64,000 nucleotides of DNA from Heptranchias perlo (GCF_035084215.1 NC_090343.1:22444001-22508000), one strand, 5' to 3'; shown: positions 46,401 through 58,965, numbered from the stretch's first letter. Numbers and translations are program-made. The notes: generated from the letters alone by a model not told the origin.

Positions 46401-48092
46401 GGAGGTTGACTAACAGAGTTCTGCTCCGTGCAGCATGAAACCCAAGCAGTGTGAGACTGACTTCTCCAGGAGGTTTCACACCAGTGAGCCCTGAGATCAG
46501 GTTGGGTCGTAACTCTAGAGTATAATCTTGCAGGGCAAGGTTTCCGGTGTGGAGCCTCACTACAGGTTGCAAAATTAGGGCTCCAGGGTTGCAGCCCTCT
46601 CTTCACTATTGCACTCACTGCCACGAAGGCTTCACGCATGGAGCAAAGCCCCACAAAATACCTCCCACATTACAACCTTAGCAACAATTCAAATTGGAAA
46701 ACACTCGCTAACATTAAAGTTGCAGTATAAATATATCTTTTGGATATGATAGCTGGGGTCGGGCCCTTTATTCCCCAGTTCACACCTTTAAGGAACCAAC
46801 TTCACTGCTCAAAAACACTCAAAATTATGCTCACCTTTTCCGCTACTTGTATGTAGGATTTTTAAATGATCAACCGTCATTTGTAGTATTTCAGCTTTTT
46901 CCAGTTTTGTCGATCCCTGCAAAACGAGTGAACATATTGTGGCTGTTAGACAAGACGTTTCGGTCCCAGACAACGAATGCAACCACATTAACCTATGCAA
47001 CCAGATTTTTTCTTCAACATTTCCTCAGATTATTTTAAACTTGCTTTTCTCAACAATCAATACTAAAACAAAAGCAAAATGCTGCGGATGCTGGAAATCT
47101 GAAATAAAAACAGAAAATGCTGGAGAAGCTCAGTAAGAGAGGCAGCATCTGTGGAGAAAGAAACAGAGTCAATGTTTCAAGTTGAAGAACTGCAAGATGT
47201 TAAAAGAGCTAATGTTTTTGAGCAAGTACAGAGCCAGGGGAAAAGGGGGGCGGGAGAGAGAACAAAAGGGAAGGTATGTGATATGGTAGAGGACACAAGT
47301 GATTAAATGACAAAAAGGATGAATGTGCAAGGTAAGGAGTGTGGTAATGGGACAGGTTAAGAAATGAAAGATTGATCAGGAGTAGCTATGAATGGCAGCA
47401 GCAGAACCATTACCAGCACTAGACCACCGAAAAATGGGAGCAGTAGTTATGATCTGAAGTTACTGAAATCAATGTTGAGTTCGGAAGGTTGTAAAGTGCC
47501 TCATGAGGTGCTGTTCCTCGAATCAATAATAAAATCTGCACCGAGTGTATGGCTACCACAATGTATCCTGCTTAGAACTGTACAGTAAGGTTAAGTCCTA
47601 CTTGTTTCTCGTAGGCACTGGGAACCAGTCGGCGAAGTTCCGACAAACTGTTGTTAATCCGATCTCTGCGACGTTTCTCAACGATCTGCAATTAAACGAA
47701 AGGCCAATTTTAGTCAAGTTTACAAAGTTACCTTCCCGCTATTGCAGACAGGAAGCGAAAAAATGCAGATTGTTCTTCGGGAAAAAAATAAACGTACTCC
47801 TCGTCTTTTCTTCCTTGCCTGGTTCTGGGAGAAAGTCGATGGTAACACAGACTTCGAGTCTGCTGCCTTCATATTCCTATTTAAAATAAGATTGATATTT
47901 CCTTTCAATCAGATTGTTAAATAATGTAGTCTTTTGATCATGATCCGCCACTAACTATGGGGTATCTCAATAACTACAAGGTAAATTACAGTTCGGGGGT
48001 TAATGAATAAAGAAATAATTCACGGTTTACCCATTTTCTTCTTCAACATCTAATTCACTGTCCGAGGAGCTGAATTCCAAAGATCTCTTCAT
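39565..48092 (-). CDS. HEY1-like: HEY-family bHLH-Orange transcriptional repressor (HEY1-like, divergent), 5 coding exons, 285 aa
   Basis: join(48092-48031,47876-47798,47685-47602,46916-46835,40115-39565). All introns are GT-AG, phases are consistent, 858 nt total. Protein: [21 protein letters not shown]...[57 protein letters not shown]...Orange [13 protein letters not shown]...C-term [11 protein letters not shown]. The basic-region Gly and the TE(I/V)GAF tail are HEY hallmarks. Confidence 0.95.
41064..41118. repeat. 20-bp tandem repeat (AAGGCAATTGAGAAGAGGAG, about 2.7 copies)
   Basis: Directly visible. Confidence 0.85.
41475..41960 (-). mobile_element. Old CR1 3' fragment in HEY-like intron 4
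   Basis: CATAGAAATCACAGCACACAAGGAGGCTATTCAGTCC end and degenerate ORF2 tail. Confidence 0.7.
42437..42802 (+). mobile_element. L2 LINE 3' end
   Basis: [14 protein letters not shown], same tail as the 27845 copy; other short copies at about 49625-49878 (+), 18540-18695 (-), 32290-32680 (+) and 56895-57260 (-). Confidence 0.85.
43371..43436. repeat. (TA)n microsatellite
   Basis: Directly visible, one interruption. Confidence 0.95.
45874..46320 (-). mobile_element. Non-LTR retrotransposon 3' end (CR1-group, distinct family)
   Basis: [23 protein letters not shown]...WNSL...[13 protein letters not shown]2 C-terminus; AATAAA and A-rich tail. Confidence 0.75.
46835..46916 (-). CDS. HEY1-like: HEY-like exon 4 ([28 protein letters not shown])
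   Basis: ttgcag|GGA ... AAAG|gtgagc; bHLH helix 2. Confidence 0.95.
47066..47520 (-). mobile_element. Second Penelope-like family, 3' fragment in HEY-like intron 3
   Basis: Minus strand encodes [22 protein letters not shown], typical of the Penelope GIY-YIG C-terminus, followed by the tail ...CAGCATTTTCTGTTTTTATTTCAGATTTCCAGCATCCGCAG; shorter relatives at about 23430-23495 and 26835-26955. Confidence 0.65.
47602..47685 (-). CDS. HEY1-like: HEY-like exon 3 ([28 protein letters not shown])
   Basis: 84-nt exon, ttgcag|ATC ... CAA|gtagga; bHLH basic region and helix 1. Confidence 0.95.
47798..47876 (-). CDS. HEY1-like: HEY-like exon 2 ([26 protein letters not shown])
   Basis: Acceptor aaatag|G, donor GGA|gtacgt; start of the basic region. 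Confidence 0.92.
48031..48092 (-). CDS. HEY1-like: HEY-like exon 1 ([21 protein letters not shown])
   Basis: ATG at 48092; resembles the HEY1 N-terminus [11 protein letters not shown]; donor GG|gtaaac. Confidence 0.9.
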
Positions 48093-48176
48093 CGTTTAAC
48101 GGCTCGCCTTCTTGTGGAATGCCCTTCTGCTCTGAGTGACGTGTTGGCTGCAGCGCAGTTACAAATCCAAGCAGTT

Positions 48177-48184
48177 TTCCCACG
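48177..48184 (-). promoter_or_regulatory. RBPJ/CSL (Notch) binding site in the HEY-like promoter
   Basis: Perfect CGTGGGAA(AA) about 85 bp upstream of the ATG; HEY genes are canonical Notch targets. Confidence 0.7.
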
Positions 48185-50639
48185 GTATCAGTTTATCAGC
48201 TCGACAGCAGGTCTCAACCCTCCTGAGACAGCTCGCCCGGGCCTGGTTTTCTTTTACTCATCGCTGGTTGGCAGTCCTGGGCTTCCCTCTGAGGAATGGT
48301 TCTGCAGTTGGTCTGGCGATCACTGATGACTTGCAGCAACCTCTCTCTACATAGGGTCGGCACAGTGGTTATAGAATTTTCCCCTCCCAAGCCCAAGGTC
48401 AGCCGAGGCCAATTGTGCCCCTACTCCAGCTGCGACCAGCTAACTCAACACAGACTAGGAATCCAACCTAGTATCTTTGTGGTCAGAGACACACTTCCTT
48501 TACCAACGGAACCATTGGGAGAGCACAGTTTGGATCTTTAGTAACTTGTTGATGAGCCCTACTACCTCATTTCACTTTCACATTCAAGGCAACCACATCA
48601 GACAGAGTAGATCTCCATTTATATTTTTGGTTCTCAGCTGGACGCCGTTGTTTAACTTAGATATTTTTGTGCCTGTGCAGTAGTGGGTGAGCCTTCAAAC
48701 CAAATGTAAAGAATCCTAGAAACCCAATTAATATCTTAAAATCTGTTGCAACAATCCTACACTCAACACAAAAGAGACCAACAGCCCAAATCAATACAGA
48801 GGGTTAAAATCTTTTGTTTAATATCTTATTCTTTAGAGGTATCCACCTCATCTACATTTGTCCTGATCCAGTATTATACCAAGTATCCACTGGAACTGAG
48901 ATAGCAAGATTGAAGGTGTCAACAAATCTCAGGAACTATATACTCCGTAGGGATCAAAGGGACTTATTTGAACCCAGTCTGTATTAAAATAATTGTTCAG
49001 ATTGTTCTTACATCAAATCATATGTGCAACATTTTGCTTCCCCCCCCCCCCCATAAACAGCACCATGAGATATTTTTCTATATTAAATGTGCTATATAAA
49101 AGCAATTTGTTATTATTATGCCACCAGTTTCTTTGTCTCCATATATGTGATATTCTGATGTGACCAACAATAAATGATAATAGTCGGAGTCAGACAGGGA
49201 CTTTTACAAATGTACATGTATTTGCTGTTTCCCATCTGATCCATTTACTTTCTGTGGTGGTCTACACCAGCCAAATTATCTGACACTGAAGAAATGATGG
49301 TCTTGTCTTTGGCAATGCCAGTATTGTGCCACAATGACAGATTCTATTGGAATAGAACTTGGAGGTTTCTTAGATAGAAGATATAGATAGACGGGGGGCT
49401 CGCCACTGTGAAGTTTCTGGACAGGCTCTGTTTCTGGAATGATCAAAAATACCCTGCTATAAGAAGGCTGCAATGGAGTTTCCAAATTGGCAACTGGAGA
49501 AATTAATCAGATCTGATTTTACAAAGTTTGAAATATTTCTCAACTTGTCAGTGAAATGAATGGCATAAACATATTATGAATTCTGTCACTTGTGCTGCAT
49601 GTATGCAGAATTCACTGGATGAGATTGCCAAACCCTTTCGAGTGAGGCTCCCTAAGCCTTGGAAATCCCTCCCTAAACCTCTCCCCCTGTCCACCTCTCT
49701 CTCTCCTCCTTTAAGACACTTCTTAAAACCTACCTCTTTGACAAAGCTTTTGATCATCTGTCCCAATACCTCCTTATGTGGCTTGGTGTCAAATTTTGTT
49801 TGATAATGCTCCCGTGAAGCACCTTGGAATGTTTTACTACGTTAAAGGCGCTATATAAATGTAAATTGTTGTTGTTGATAGTGCATATTTAAGGGCATTG
49901 TTACATTGCAGGTACCAGTCTGAGATAGGTACCTGTTTTGAGCAACGTAGAACAGCGGATCGGAGTTATACTGTTGACTCAGCCACCTTCTGGGCAGGGA
50001 AAACGGAGCTTCACTCACGAACACCTGAATGTTTTTAATGGTAGCAGAGAGTTGACGAAACAACTAGCCCTCTGCCAAAGAGTAAAAATACTTTAAAAGT
50101 TTTCGGGGTAAGGTTTCTAAACTTTGCTTCACGCCAGTGCGAAACCAAAGTTGTATAAAACTATTGCCTTAAGGTGGTGTCACGCTGCTTGCTGAAATTC
50201 AGTTCAGCACAATTGAACTGTACCACGCAGTTTGTGTCAACGAGAAGCTAAACTTGATCAACAAAACATGTGGAGTACAGCTCATCTGGGGCAAGTGCTG
50301 AGTATCTACATATTTTGCACGTGTACCGTAAATGTTTTATCACACACATAAGAATCCCGAAAATGAACCTAGAAATTGATGTTGTAAATATTATCAGATA
50401 AACACTTAACATGTTCATTTCACTTTCCTTTATTTGTTATTTTAAGGATGGTGTTAACCGAGTTACTTGCAATTTGTTAATATCTCCAATAAAACAGTGG
50501 ACAAAGAACGTGCTCTGCCATTGTCCGCCAATATTGCCAACAATAATTTCTAAACTCAAATCTCACCAATAGCCTATTAACTTGTTTGGAGATTTTTAAA
50601 TTAGGCAGCAACAGAAGAGGGAGAGAAAGTTCACTGAGG

Positions 50640-50850
50640 GCACGTTTCCTGACACTGGGAGAAATATGAGACACAAGAGGCGCCAGCTAGCGCGGCTGTA
50701 CGTCCCACACGTGCGACTCAGGGCAGCGTGGGAAGGTCGAGCAGCCGCCGGGATCCTGCAGCAAACTCAGGCTGCTGTTAAACAGGCGCCTGCTGAAGGG
50801 TTGCTTCAGAGCTGGCGACTGGCCGTCTGTGTTACAGCGTGATCCGGAAC
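50640..50850. promoter_or_regulatory. CpG-rich candidate upstream enhancer of the HEY-like gene
   Basis: CGTGGGAA 50727-50734, near-site TGTGGGAC (minus, about 50702-50709), E-box CACGTG 50708-50713; dense CpG in an AT-rich background. Confidence 0.55.
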
Positions 50851-52269
50851 TTAAGACAGTTTGAAGTTTAAATCACTGAATTTGTTTGACCAATGCACCA
50901 AGTCATCGTAAAACTCAATCCTCTTTAGAAAATAGTCAAACGTTTGGCATGTTTCTTCTTAATTTTAGCTTTCAGTAAACGTGTCAAAGAAGAACAGATG
51001 AAAGATCAGGTTTAAAATCTGCAAAATAAAATCACTCGGTAACACAAAGGATTATAACTAGTGAGTTGTGCTAATCGTGTTACTCCTGATTTAGCAGCAG
51101 ACAGTATTCATTGGAAGCAGAACGTTTTTAAAACCTCTTTAAGGATTCGAGTTTACTGCAGTTTCCCTTGGTTGTCTAATAATGTTTCAGTTCATTAATG
51201 GTATAAACCTGATACTAGATCTCACATTCCCGATAACCGGTGAAAAGTTTTTTTATTTGTAGTTTTCCCATGTCATCTTCAGCTACTGCTGCTAACTTTT
51301 CCTAGAATATTTTTCACGTAACTGAATAAAAGTCAACCCGACATTAACAATTCTACCTTGGGTAAAATACATCAGCTATTTTATATAAAACATCTATCTA
51401 TTTCAATTATTATATCACCACTGGCACCAGGGTGTAATTATAGCATGGTAAATTTAAATATGCAGCTTCCATTATAAATGTGAACACAGGAATTCATGAT
51501 GGAAAAGTTGACAACAGGAAGTAAGATTTGGTGGAAGTGCATTAAAACGTGATTTTTAATTTATTAAGATATGGCTCTATAATATATTAAGAGTTGCATA
51601 TAGCAAGCACTTTCTGTAAGTGTCACAATTACTTCTTGCAACACTTTGTCACATTTTGTTGATAACACCCCTATTGTTATAAAGCAGTATGTCCTGTAAC
51701 TTTGAGCATTGCTACAGGATATATATATATGTCTGTGTGTGTGTCTTGACTCTAATATGCATTATCACACTTTGGGCAAGGGAGTGGGTTGGAAAAACAA
51801 AATGGTGGGCAAACCTGGTAGTTACAACAGCATTACTTAGTGGTGGAAGGCCTACAAGATTAAATATTATAGAAGATACGTGATACCCTGTGTTGACATA
51901 TAGGTTAAATTACGCAGGTGTGTCTCTCTAATTTGAACATATAGTTGTGATGGAAATAAAGAAATGACTGAGAAATTGTGACACAGAAAATAAGATTAAT
52001 GTGTACAACCATTTAATATATACAGGGCCAGTTAGCAGCCAAACATCACAACCATACTCCAGTCCACAGATTGCCCATGAACAATGCCACAGGAGATTAT
52101 AAAAGTTTTGATATGCATCAGTCACATGTCAGACATCACACTTTCACACACATGCAAATGTCTGTATTACACTTAAAGTGTAGTAAATGGAAAGAAACAT
52201 GGTCATTTCCTGATGGCTTCTTCTAACCCTTAAAATGGAGTTGAAGATTTACAGGTATCTGTCAATAAG

Positions 52270-52590
52270 AAGGAAAGAAAGAACTTACATTTATAAAGCA
52301 CCTTTCACGACCTCATGAAGTCCCACAGCACTTTACAGCCAATGAAGCACTTTTGAAGTGTAGTCACTGTTGTAATGTAGGAAACGCAGCAGCCAATTTG
52401 TGCACAGCAAGATCCCACAAACAGCAATGTGATAATGACCAGATAATCTGTTTTTTATTGATCTTGTTTGAGGGATAAATGTCGGCCAGGACACCGGGGA
52501 GAACTCCCCTGCTCTTCTTCGAATAGAACGGTGGGATCTTTTACGTCCACCTGAGAGGGCAGACGGGACCTCAGTTTAACATCTCATCCA
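52270..52590 (-). mobile_element. Deu-domain SINE (young copy)
   Basis: Reverse complement closely matches 639-945; a further copy at about 42135-42415 (-). Confidence 0.8.
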
Positions 52591-53890
52591 TAAGAAATCT
52601 CCAGCAACAGAAAATGTCCTCTAACTGGCATGCGGATCCACCTACGAGCCATTAGCTTGTAATCGGCCTCAGGTTGTGCCTATATAGCAATTAGATCTTG
52701 TGGCCTTAAAGAGCCATGCCATTTACACACAGATCTGCCTTAACAGCAAAATAATATATTCTACATTACATGGTACAATGTCTTCCAATTTACTGTGAGC
52801 AACACCGCTAGTTTTATATATATATGAACGAGAGAGAGATTCACTTCAAATAAGTTTCCAAATAAGATAAATCAGTCTGGTATTTGGCTTATTATTCAGT
52901 ATCATTGTAAGTCGCTGGATGACCAAACAGTTGATAATGGGGATTTGAGCTTATTGTGATTGCTCCTACATGTGTTTCTCTGAGTCTCCGAATAAGTTTT
53001 TTTGGCTATGTTACTAATCCTGCCAAGCAGGAACTGCAAAGATACACACTGTAGATAGGACATGATGGCTTTAGTTGTCTAGTGCAGCAGGGATTTTATT
53101 TGTGGATGAAGTTGAGAGTTCAGTGCCTGGCAGTGTAAGCCAAAAAGTTTGATCAGGACAGTATGAATAGCTGCTTAATCACCAACATAATTGCAATCTA
53201 TTTAGCAGTGTCTCTCAAGCTGCAGTTAATAGAGATCTCTCTCCCTGTAGAATTGCCAGAGGTAGAGGAAATATTTTCCCACAACAGTGGAGAAACTACT
53301 GAAATTCAATCGCCGTGTGACTGCTGGCCTCTGCTGTAACTAGCACTGCTGCTCTGCCTTTCATTACACACGCTTTGTGCACAGATTTGCTGTATAAATA
53401 CAGCTGTGGGTTTGTCTTGCTGAGACGAGTACTGGCAGATTCCCATTTCTATCCCTAACAATAAGTGCATTTGCTTGCAGAGGGTTTTGATTTCCTTGTG
53501 CCCTCACTCTGTTGCTAACACAACATAGACACCAAACATGCTCTAACTTGTAAACTATGACATAAAAGGATCACAGTGTTATGCGGATTTTTTCACTAAA
53601 GTTTTTAAAATGCTCCACACATACTTAGAAAAAGTTGGTTTCTCAGCTGAAATGTTGTTTACATTTAACCACGAGCTCAGAATTAAATTTGTTAAAGATG
53701 GTAATTTTTTATCTGGATCCCATCAGCTATGGTTTTGTGAAAAACCACAATGTTTAATTGGAATTCACTCAAGTAAGCAGGTTCATTTCATACAGAAACA
53801 GAATAGAAATGTTAATGCATGTATATTTTAAGTATCTGTATAGCAGTGACTGAAGTGAACAGCAAACAGCAGTATTTTGTTAGAGACAAT

Positions 53891-55486
53891 GGCCTAAAAA
53901 TTTGGGCGCACCCATTTCTGGGTGTGTTGGGGGAGAGGGGCCCTGAATGGCGAGGCCTGAGCTGCACCTGATATTGGGCCTCGGGCTTCATTACCATCAA
54001 GCCGGCGAGCTACGGACAGTAACAGGCAGCTCGCTGGTGAAGCAGGATTGCAGATTAGGCCACTGTGATGCCAGCAGCGGCCCTCAGGTAAGAGATGAAG
54101 GGGGGCGACCGGGAAGGGAGCGACCGGGTCATGAAGGAAGCAGTGGCTAGCGGCGGGGGGAAGGTAGTGATGGCTGGCAGCAGCACACGTTATTTGAATG
54201 TGGGATCGGAAGGCGCACTCTTTGAGCTTCTGGGGAGGGGGTGGGGGAGAGTGTTCTGAGTGGAACCTCTTTCTGCATCAAACATGGTCCCTGACATGGG
54301 AACATAGGAACAGGAGTAAGCCATTCAACCCCCCCGAGCATGTTCCGCCATTCAATTAGATCATGGCTGATCCTTATCTTAACTCCATCTATCGACTTTG
54401 GTTCCATAACCCTTAATACACTTGCCTAATAAAAATCTATCAATCTCAGTTTTGAAATTTTCTATTAACCTAGCCACAACAGCTTTTTGGGGGAGAGAGT
54501 TCCAGATTTTCACTACTCTTTATGTGAAGAAGAGCTTTCTAACATCATCCCTGAACAGCCTAGCTCTAATTTTAAGGTTATGCCCTCTAGTTCTGGACTC
54601 TCCCACCAGAGGAAATAGTTTCCCTCTATTTACCCTATCAAATCATTTAATCACCTTAAACATCAATTAGATCACTCTTTAATCTTCGATATTCAAGGGA
54701 ATACAAGCCTAGTCTATGAAACCTGTCCTCAAAATTTAACCCTTTTAGCCCTGGTATCATTCTGGTGAATCTGCGCTGCATCTCCTCCAAGGTCAATATA
54801 TCCTTCCTGAGGCGCAGTGCCCAGAACAAAATGCAGTAGTCCAGATGTGTTCTAACCAGAGTTCTGTACAGCTGTAACATAACTTCCACCCTTTTGTATT
54901 CCAGTCCTCATGAAATAAAGGCCAACATTCCATAGTCTTTTTAATATTTTTTGTACCTGTCCACTAGCTTTTAGTGATTTCTGTACTTGGACCCCTAAAT
55001 CTCTCTGCTCATCCACAGTTCCTAGCTTCTCGCCATTTAGAAAATAAATGGCATGGGGCATGGCTAGGGGAGGAAATTACCAGGACAGGAATTTTCTTGG
55101 CCCTGGACTGGGTTACACTGGACAGCTGGTACTTCAGGAGAGAGGAGGCGTATTAGCCCACTCTACAGTGTAAGTTGGGCCACCCTGGGAGACCTCAGCT
55201 GGTCCCTAGCCTGCACCCCTGAAGAAAGGCTGTGTCTGTTGTCAGAGATTGGTTCCCTTTACAAGAGGATGATAAGTCCTTCACAACCCGCCTCTTGGCC
55301 TGAAACTGCCAAAAATAAAACTAGCATCTTCCCAGCACTGCAGTACCCACTCTCCTGCTCTGACAGGCACTGGGCAGTTTCATGCTAAGTAGGGAACCCA
55401 CCCCTGAACCCGGATATTCTGACAGTTTCCCAGCAGGCACACCCCAGAATTTATACTGGGAACAAACGCTCATGGATTTTCAGGCC
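53891..55486. mobile_element. PIF/Harbinger-like MITE carrying a nested CR1
   Basis: TIR GGCCTAAAAAT / ATTTTCAGGCC; GC-rich interior. Confidence 0.6.
54294..55052 (-). mobile_element. CR1 LINE 3' fragment nested in a MITE
   Basis: ORFs 54656-54889 and 54852-55061 are the CR1 ORF2 C-terminus; tail as in the 14755 copy. Confidence 0.88.
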
Positions 55487-55860
55487 AAACATCTGCAGAT
55501 GACCAACAGAACATTTCTGGATATGAGGAAATAACTATAATAGTTTCTTAAAGTGACCATTGCCCAAATGTAATTGCAATTGAATTGATAAAGGGATTGA
55601 TTCAACAAATAACACAAATAGCCACTATAACTGACTGAGCACTATAGAAGAAGGCCAGTGTGCCATGGTCCTTTGGTGCCACGTAATCTCCATTAAGCTG
55701 TATTAAGGATGTCACTTAATTCACAAAATCTTTCACTAAAAAACATTTACTGGACATTTTTTATTAAAAGCCTGTCAAATTCGAAAAAGGTTAAAAGTTT
55801 AAAAATGTTCCCGATCAGACCTAAATCCTTTGACTCAATTGTTCCTATCTCACCAACTAT

Positions 55861-56064
55861 AAGGAATCCTACAACACCAGGTTATAGTCCAACAGTTTTA
55901 TTTGAAAATCACAAGCTTTTGGAGGCTTTCTCCTTTGTCAGGTGAGTGACGAAGGAGAAAGCCTCCGAAAGCTTGTGATTTTCAAATAAAACTGTTCAAC
56001 CATAACCTGGTGTTGTAGGATTCCTTACATTTGTACACCCCAGTCCATCACCGGCATCTCCACA
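55861..56064 (+). mobile_element. Penelope-like element 3' end with an 81-bp inverted duplication
   Basis: Arms 55860-55940 and 55947-56027 (5 mismatches); 11-bp TSD TCACCAACTAT (55850-55860, 56065-56075). Confidence 0.75.
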
Positions 56065-58321
56065 TCACCAACTATGGCAAGTCATTCTGCAGGGTGGGTG
56101 AGAATTTGCATCTTTATGGGGCACAGTCAATAAACTAGCAATTTGTGGGCTGCAATAGAAAAAATGACCATGAAAGCTGCTTGATTGTCATAAAAACACA
56201 TCAGGCTCACCTCTGTCCACCAGGGAAGCAAATCTGCCACCTCTACCTGGCCTGGCCTACAGATGACTCCAATCCCACACTAGAAATATCTGAGGTACAA
56301 ACAAATAGCCCTTGTTTTTTCTTTAAAGCTTTTTTTTAATTCCATTTTGTATCTATGTTCTGTCTATCTCTTTATGTTGCCTTACATCAAATGACATACT
56401 GGCCTAGATGTTCCTCTGTGATGGCTACACAGATGTAATTTTAGTGGGGCAGGACTTCTGCCTGCCTGACATATGCACTGCTAACCCCAATGAATATTCC
56501 AGGGTGAGCCTAACTTACATTTTTGGGGGGCCTGAACACATATTGTAGGCATTCCATGTCCAGTGCTGTTATGGTGGCAATGACAGAAAATGCAATGTAT
56601 GACATCAGTCCATCATTATGCCTTAATTGGTAATGACGTCCCCTTTTCCAGCAGGTGATTCCATTGTCCAATGTCCAGTGAAAGTAACACTGGAAAATCA
56701 ATACAGCCCACCTGATTTATGTCAGAAAACCAGCATGACTTCAGAGGAAAATTGGAATCACCATTCCCTGGCTGAAAAAGCAATAGATGTCTTGGCCTAT
56801 ATCACAACAATGATTACATTCCAAAAGTAATCCAAAAGTGCTTTGAGATGGCCCGAGGACATGAGAGATGCTATATAAATGCAAGTCATTCTTTCTTTGT
56901 TTCAAAGTTCCAAAGACAGGGCTGAAGTGATTGAAAGCTCTGCCATCAATTGTGGGCAATTAGAGGGGAGACTCAACAAAGGTCAGAGTCAGAAGACTGA
57001 CAGGTGTGGGAGAGGAAGTCTGGAAGGGGTTCCAGAGGTAGGATGGTGTGAGACCATGGAGAGATTTGAAGATGAGGGCAAGAAGTTTAAATTAGATGTA
57101 TTGGAGGATAGGGAGCCAGTGCAGGTCTGCAGGATGGGGGTGATGGGCGAGTGGGGTTTAGTGTGGGACAACATTTGGGCAGCTGCATTTTGGATTACTT
57201 GAAGTTTATGGAAGGTGGAAAAATGTAGGCCAGCAAGCAGACGTTTTGAATAATCAAGTTTGAAAGTTACCTTCCTATAATGGATTCCCTAGAACTGCAC
57301 GCAATGCTCCAACTTGTCTTGTATAAATTCAACACTTTCTTGCATTTATATTCAATACATCTAAATATAAAACCTCAAATTCCATTTATCTTTGAATATC
57401 ATGGTTCTCTTTATGTTATCGATTTAGGACCAGTTTGATTCTGCCAACTGGCAATTGTACCATTACTGTAAATTTACATAGGTTTATGGTTTTGAAATTT
57501 GTCATTAATGTGAGAAAGATCATGCAAAATTACAGGGTAGGAGCTAAAATGGTTTAACCTTCATGGGTTCAGGATTCCTCACCTGGTAGGTGCCCACGTT
57601 GGAAAGAAATGTAGGCATCTCCTTTACTTCACAAAGTGGTGCCCTTAGAATACTAGGACAGCAGCGGTAAAACTCCTTGTGTTCTGAGCATTAATCTTTA
57701 TTTATGTGCAGTTCACAAAGTCCACTTCAGGTGTTAGTGCTTTTAGAATATTGATGACAAGCTTGTTTTCCTGTAAATGGTAACAACTAAAAAGTATTAA
57801 TCTATCATTCACATTTATACACACTTCATAGGTAAGGTCATTTGTTGTTGCCTTCTGTCTCACAAGTTAACAAAGAGCAATCAAACTGATACCTAGCTTA
57901 AGATAGCTGAGCTAGGAGGAGAGGTACAAAAGCCTGTGCTTGTTTACTCTGGAGAAGAGAAGGTTTAAGGGAGAAATTATTCAAGTATTCAAGATTCTTA
58001 AGCAAATAGGTAAATTGAACCCCAATAATATGTTCAAGTTTGCCACAAGTTCTAAAGCCAGTGACTTGTTTCAAGCTTAGAACAGGAAAGGGGCAAAGGC
58101 AGCTTAGATCTAACTACTTTACAAAGAGGTGGCTGAGCATGTGAAATGTACTGCCCAGGGAGGCAGTAGAAGTAGATGGAGTGGAAAATTTAAGGGCGAA
58201 TTGGAAGTATATTTGAGGGAATGGGAAATTAAGGGATATCAGTTTTTGGAATTGACCAGAAAATAACTGCATAGTCTTTTCCAATCCTGTGCTGTCCTAG
58301 TGCGCTGACGGGGCACAAATT

Positions 58322-58965
58322 GGGATAGAAATTGGACCTTGTTGCACAATTTTACAGGCATAAAATGGGTGCCACAAGGCCCTAATTTGGGGAGCAACAT
58401 CCTGTGTCCCAAGGAAGCCTGTAAGATGTCCTATCCAAAAATGGAATGGACCATTTTCTTACGTATGTAAATGAAGGGCCAAATGCCTGTTTTAGGACCT
58501 TTCAGGAAATTGGTTTCCTGAGGAGCGGAGCAAGTGCCAGGCCTGCTCTGCTTAGCTTCACCTGGCGTGGATGTGGCCAAAGAACCGGCCACCAATGAAA
58601 ATGTAAGTTTTGATTTTTTAAAAAAAAATTATGTGGACCCAGGATGAGCAGGAGTCCTCTTCCTGGCTCCACAGCATTCCTTATGACCTCTGCAGGCAGC
58701 AATCAACCCCCACATGCTGTGCTCCCTCCCCCTCCCCCCAGAACTTAACTGAGAGCCGCAGTCAGCGAGACAGGCGGCCCAAAGTCCGATTCACCAGCCG
58801 TGCGAGCTGCTTGTAGAGACACGACAGGCACCAACAGCTCAGATTGTTTAGATGAGACCTGAGGCCCAATTACGGGCCGGCCTCTAGCCTCCCGGTTCGC
58901 GTGTGCGTTACGACCACATTGTTGCCTTTGCGCTCTAGACTGGGTGCCGTCAAAATTTCTACCCC
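58322..58965. mobile_element. PIF/Harbinger-like MITE
   Basis: TIR GGGATAGAAATT / AATTTCTACCCC, TSD ATT; internal motif ATGTGGxCCAGG..AGCAGGAGT shared with the 20612 and 985 copies. Confidence 0.7.

Noticed and set aside
50700-50735. Canonical paired Su(H)/RBPJ (SPS) site
   Set aside because: The orientation is opposite to the SPS arrangement and the second site is imperfect.
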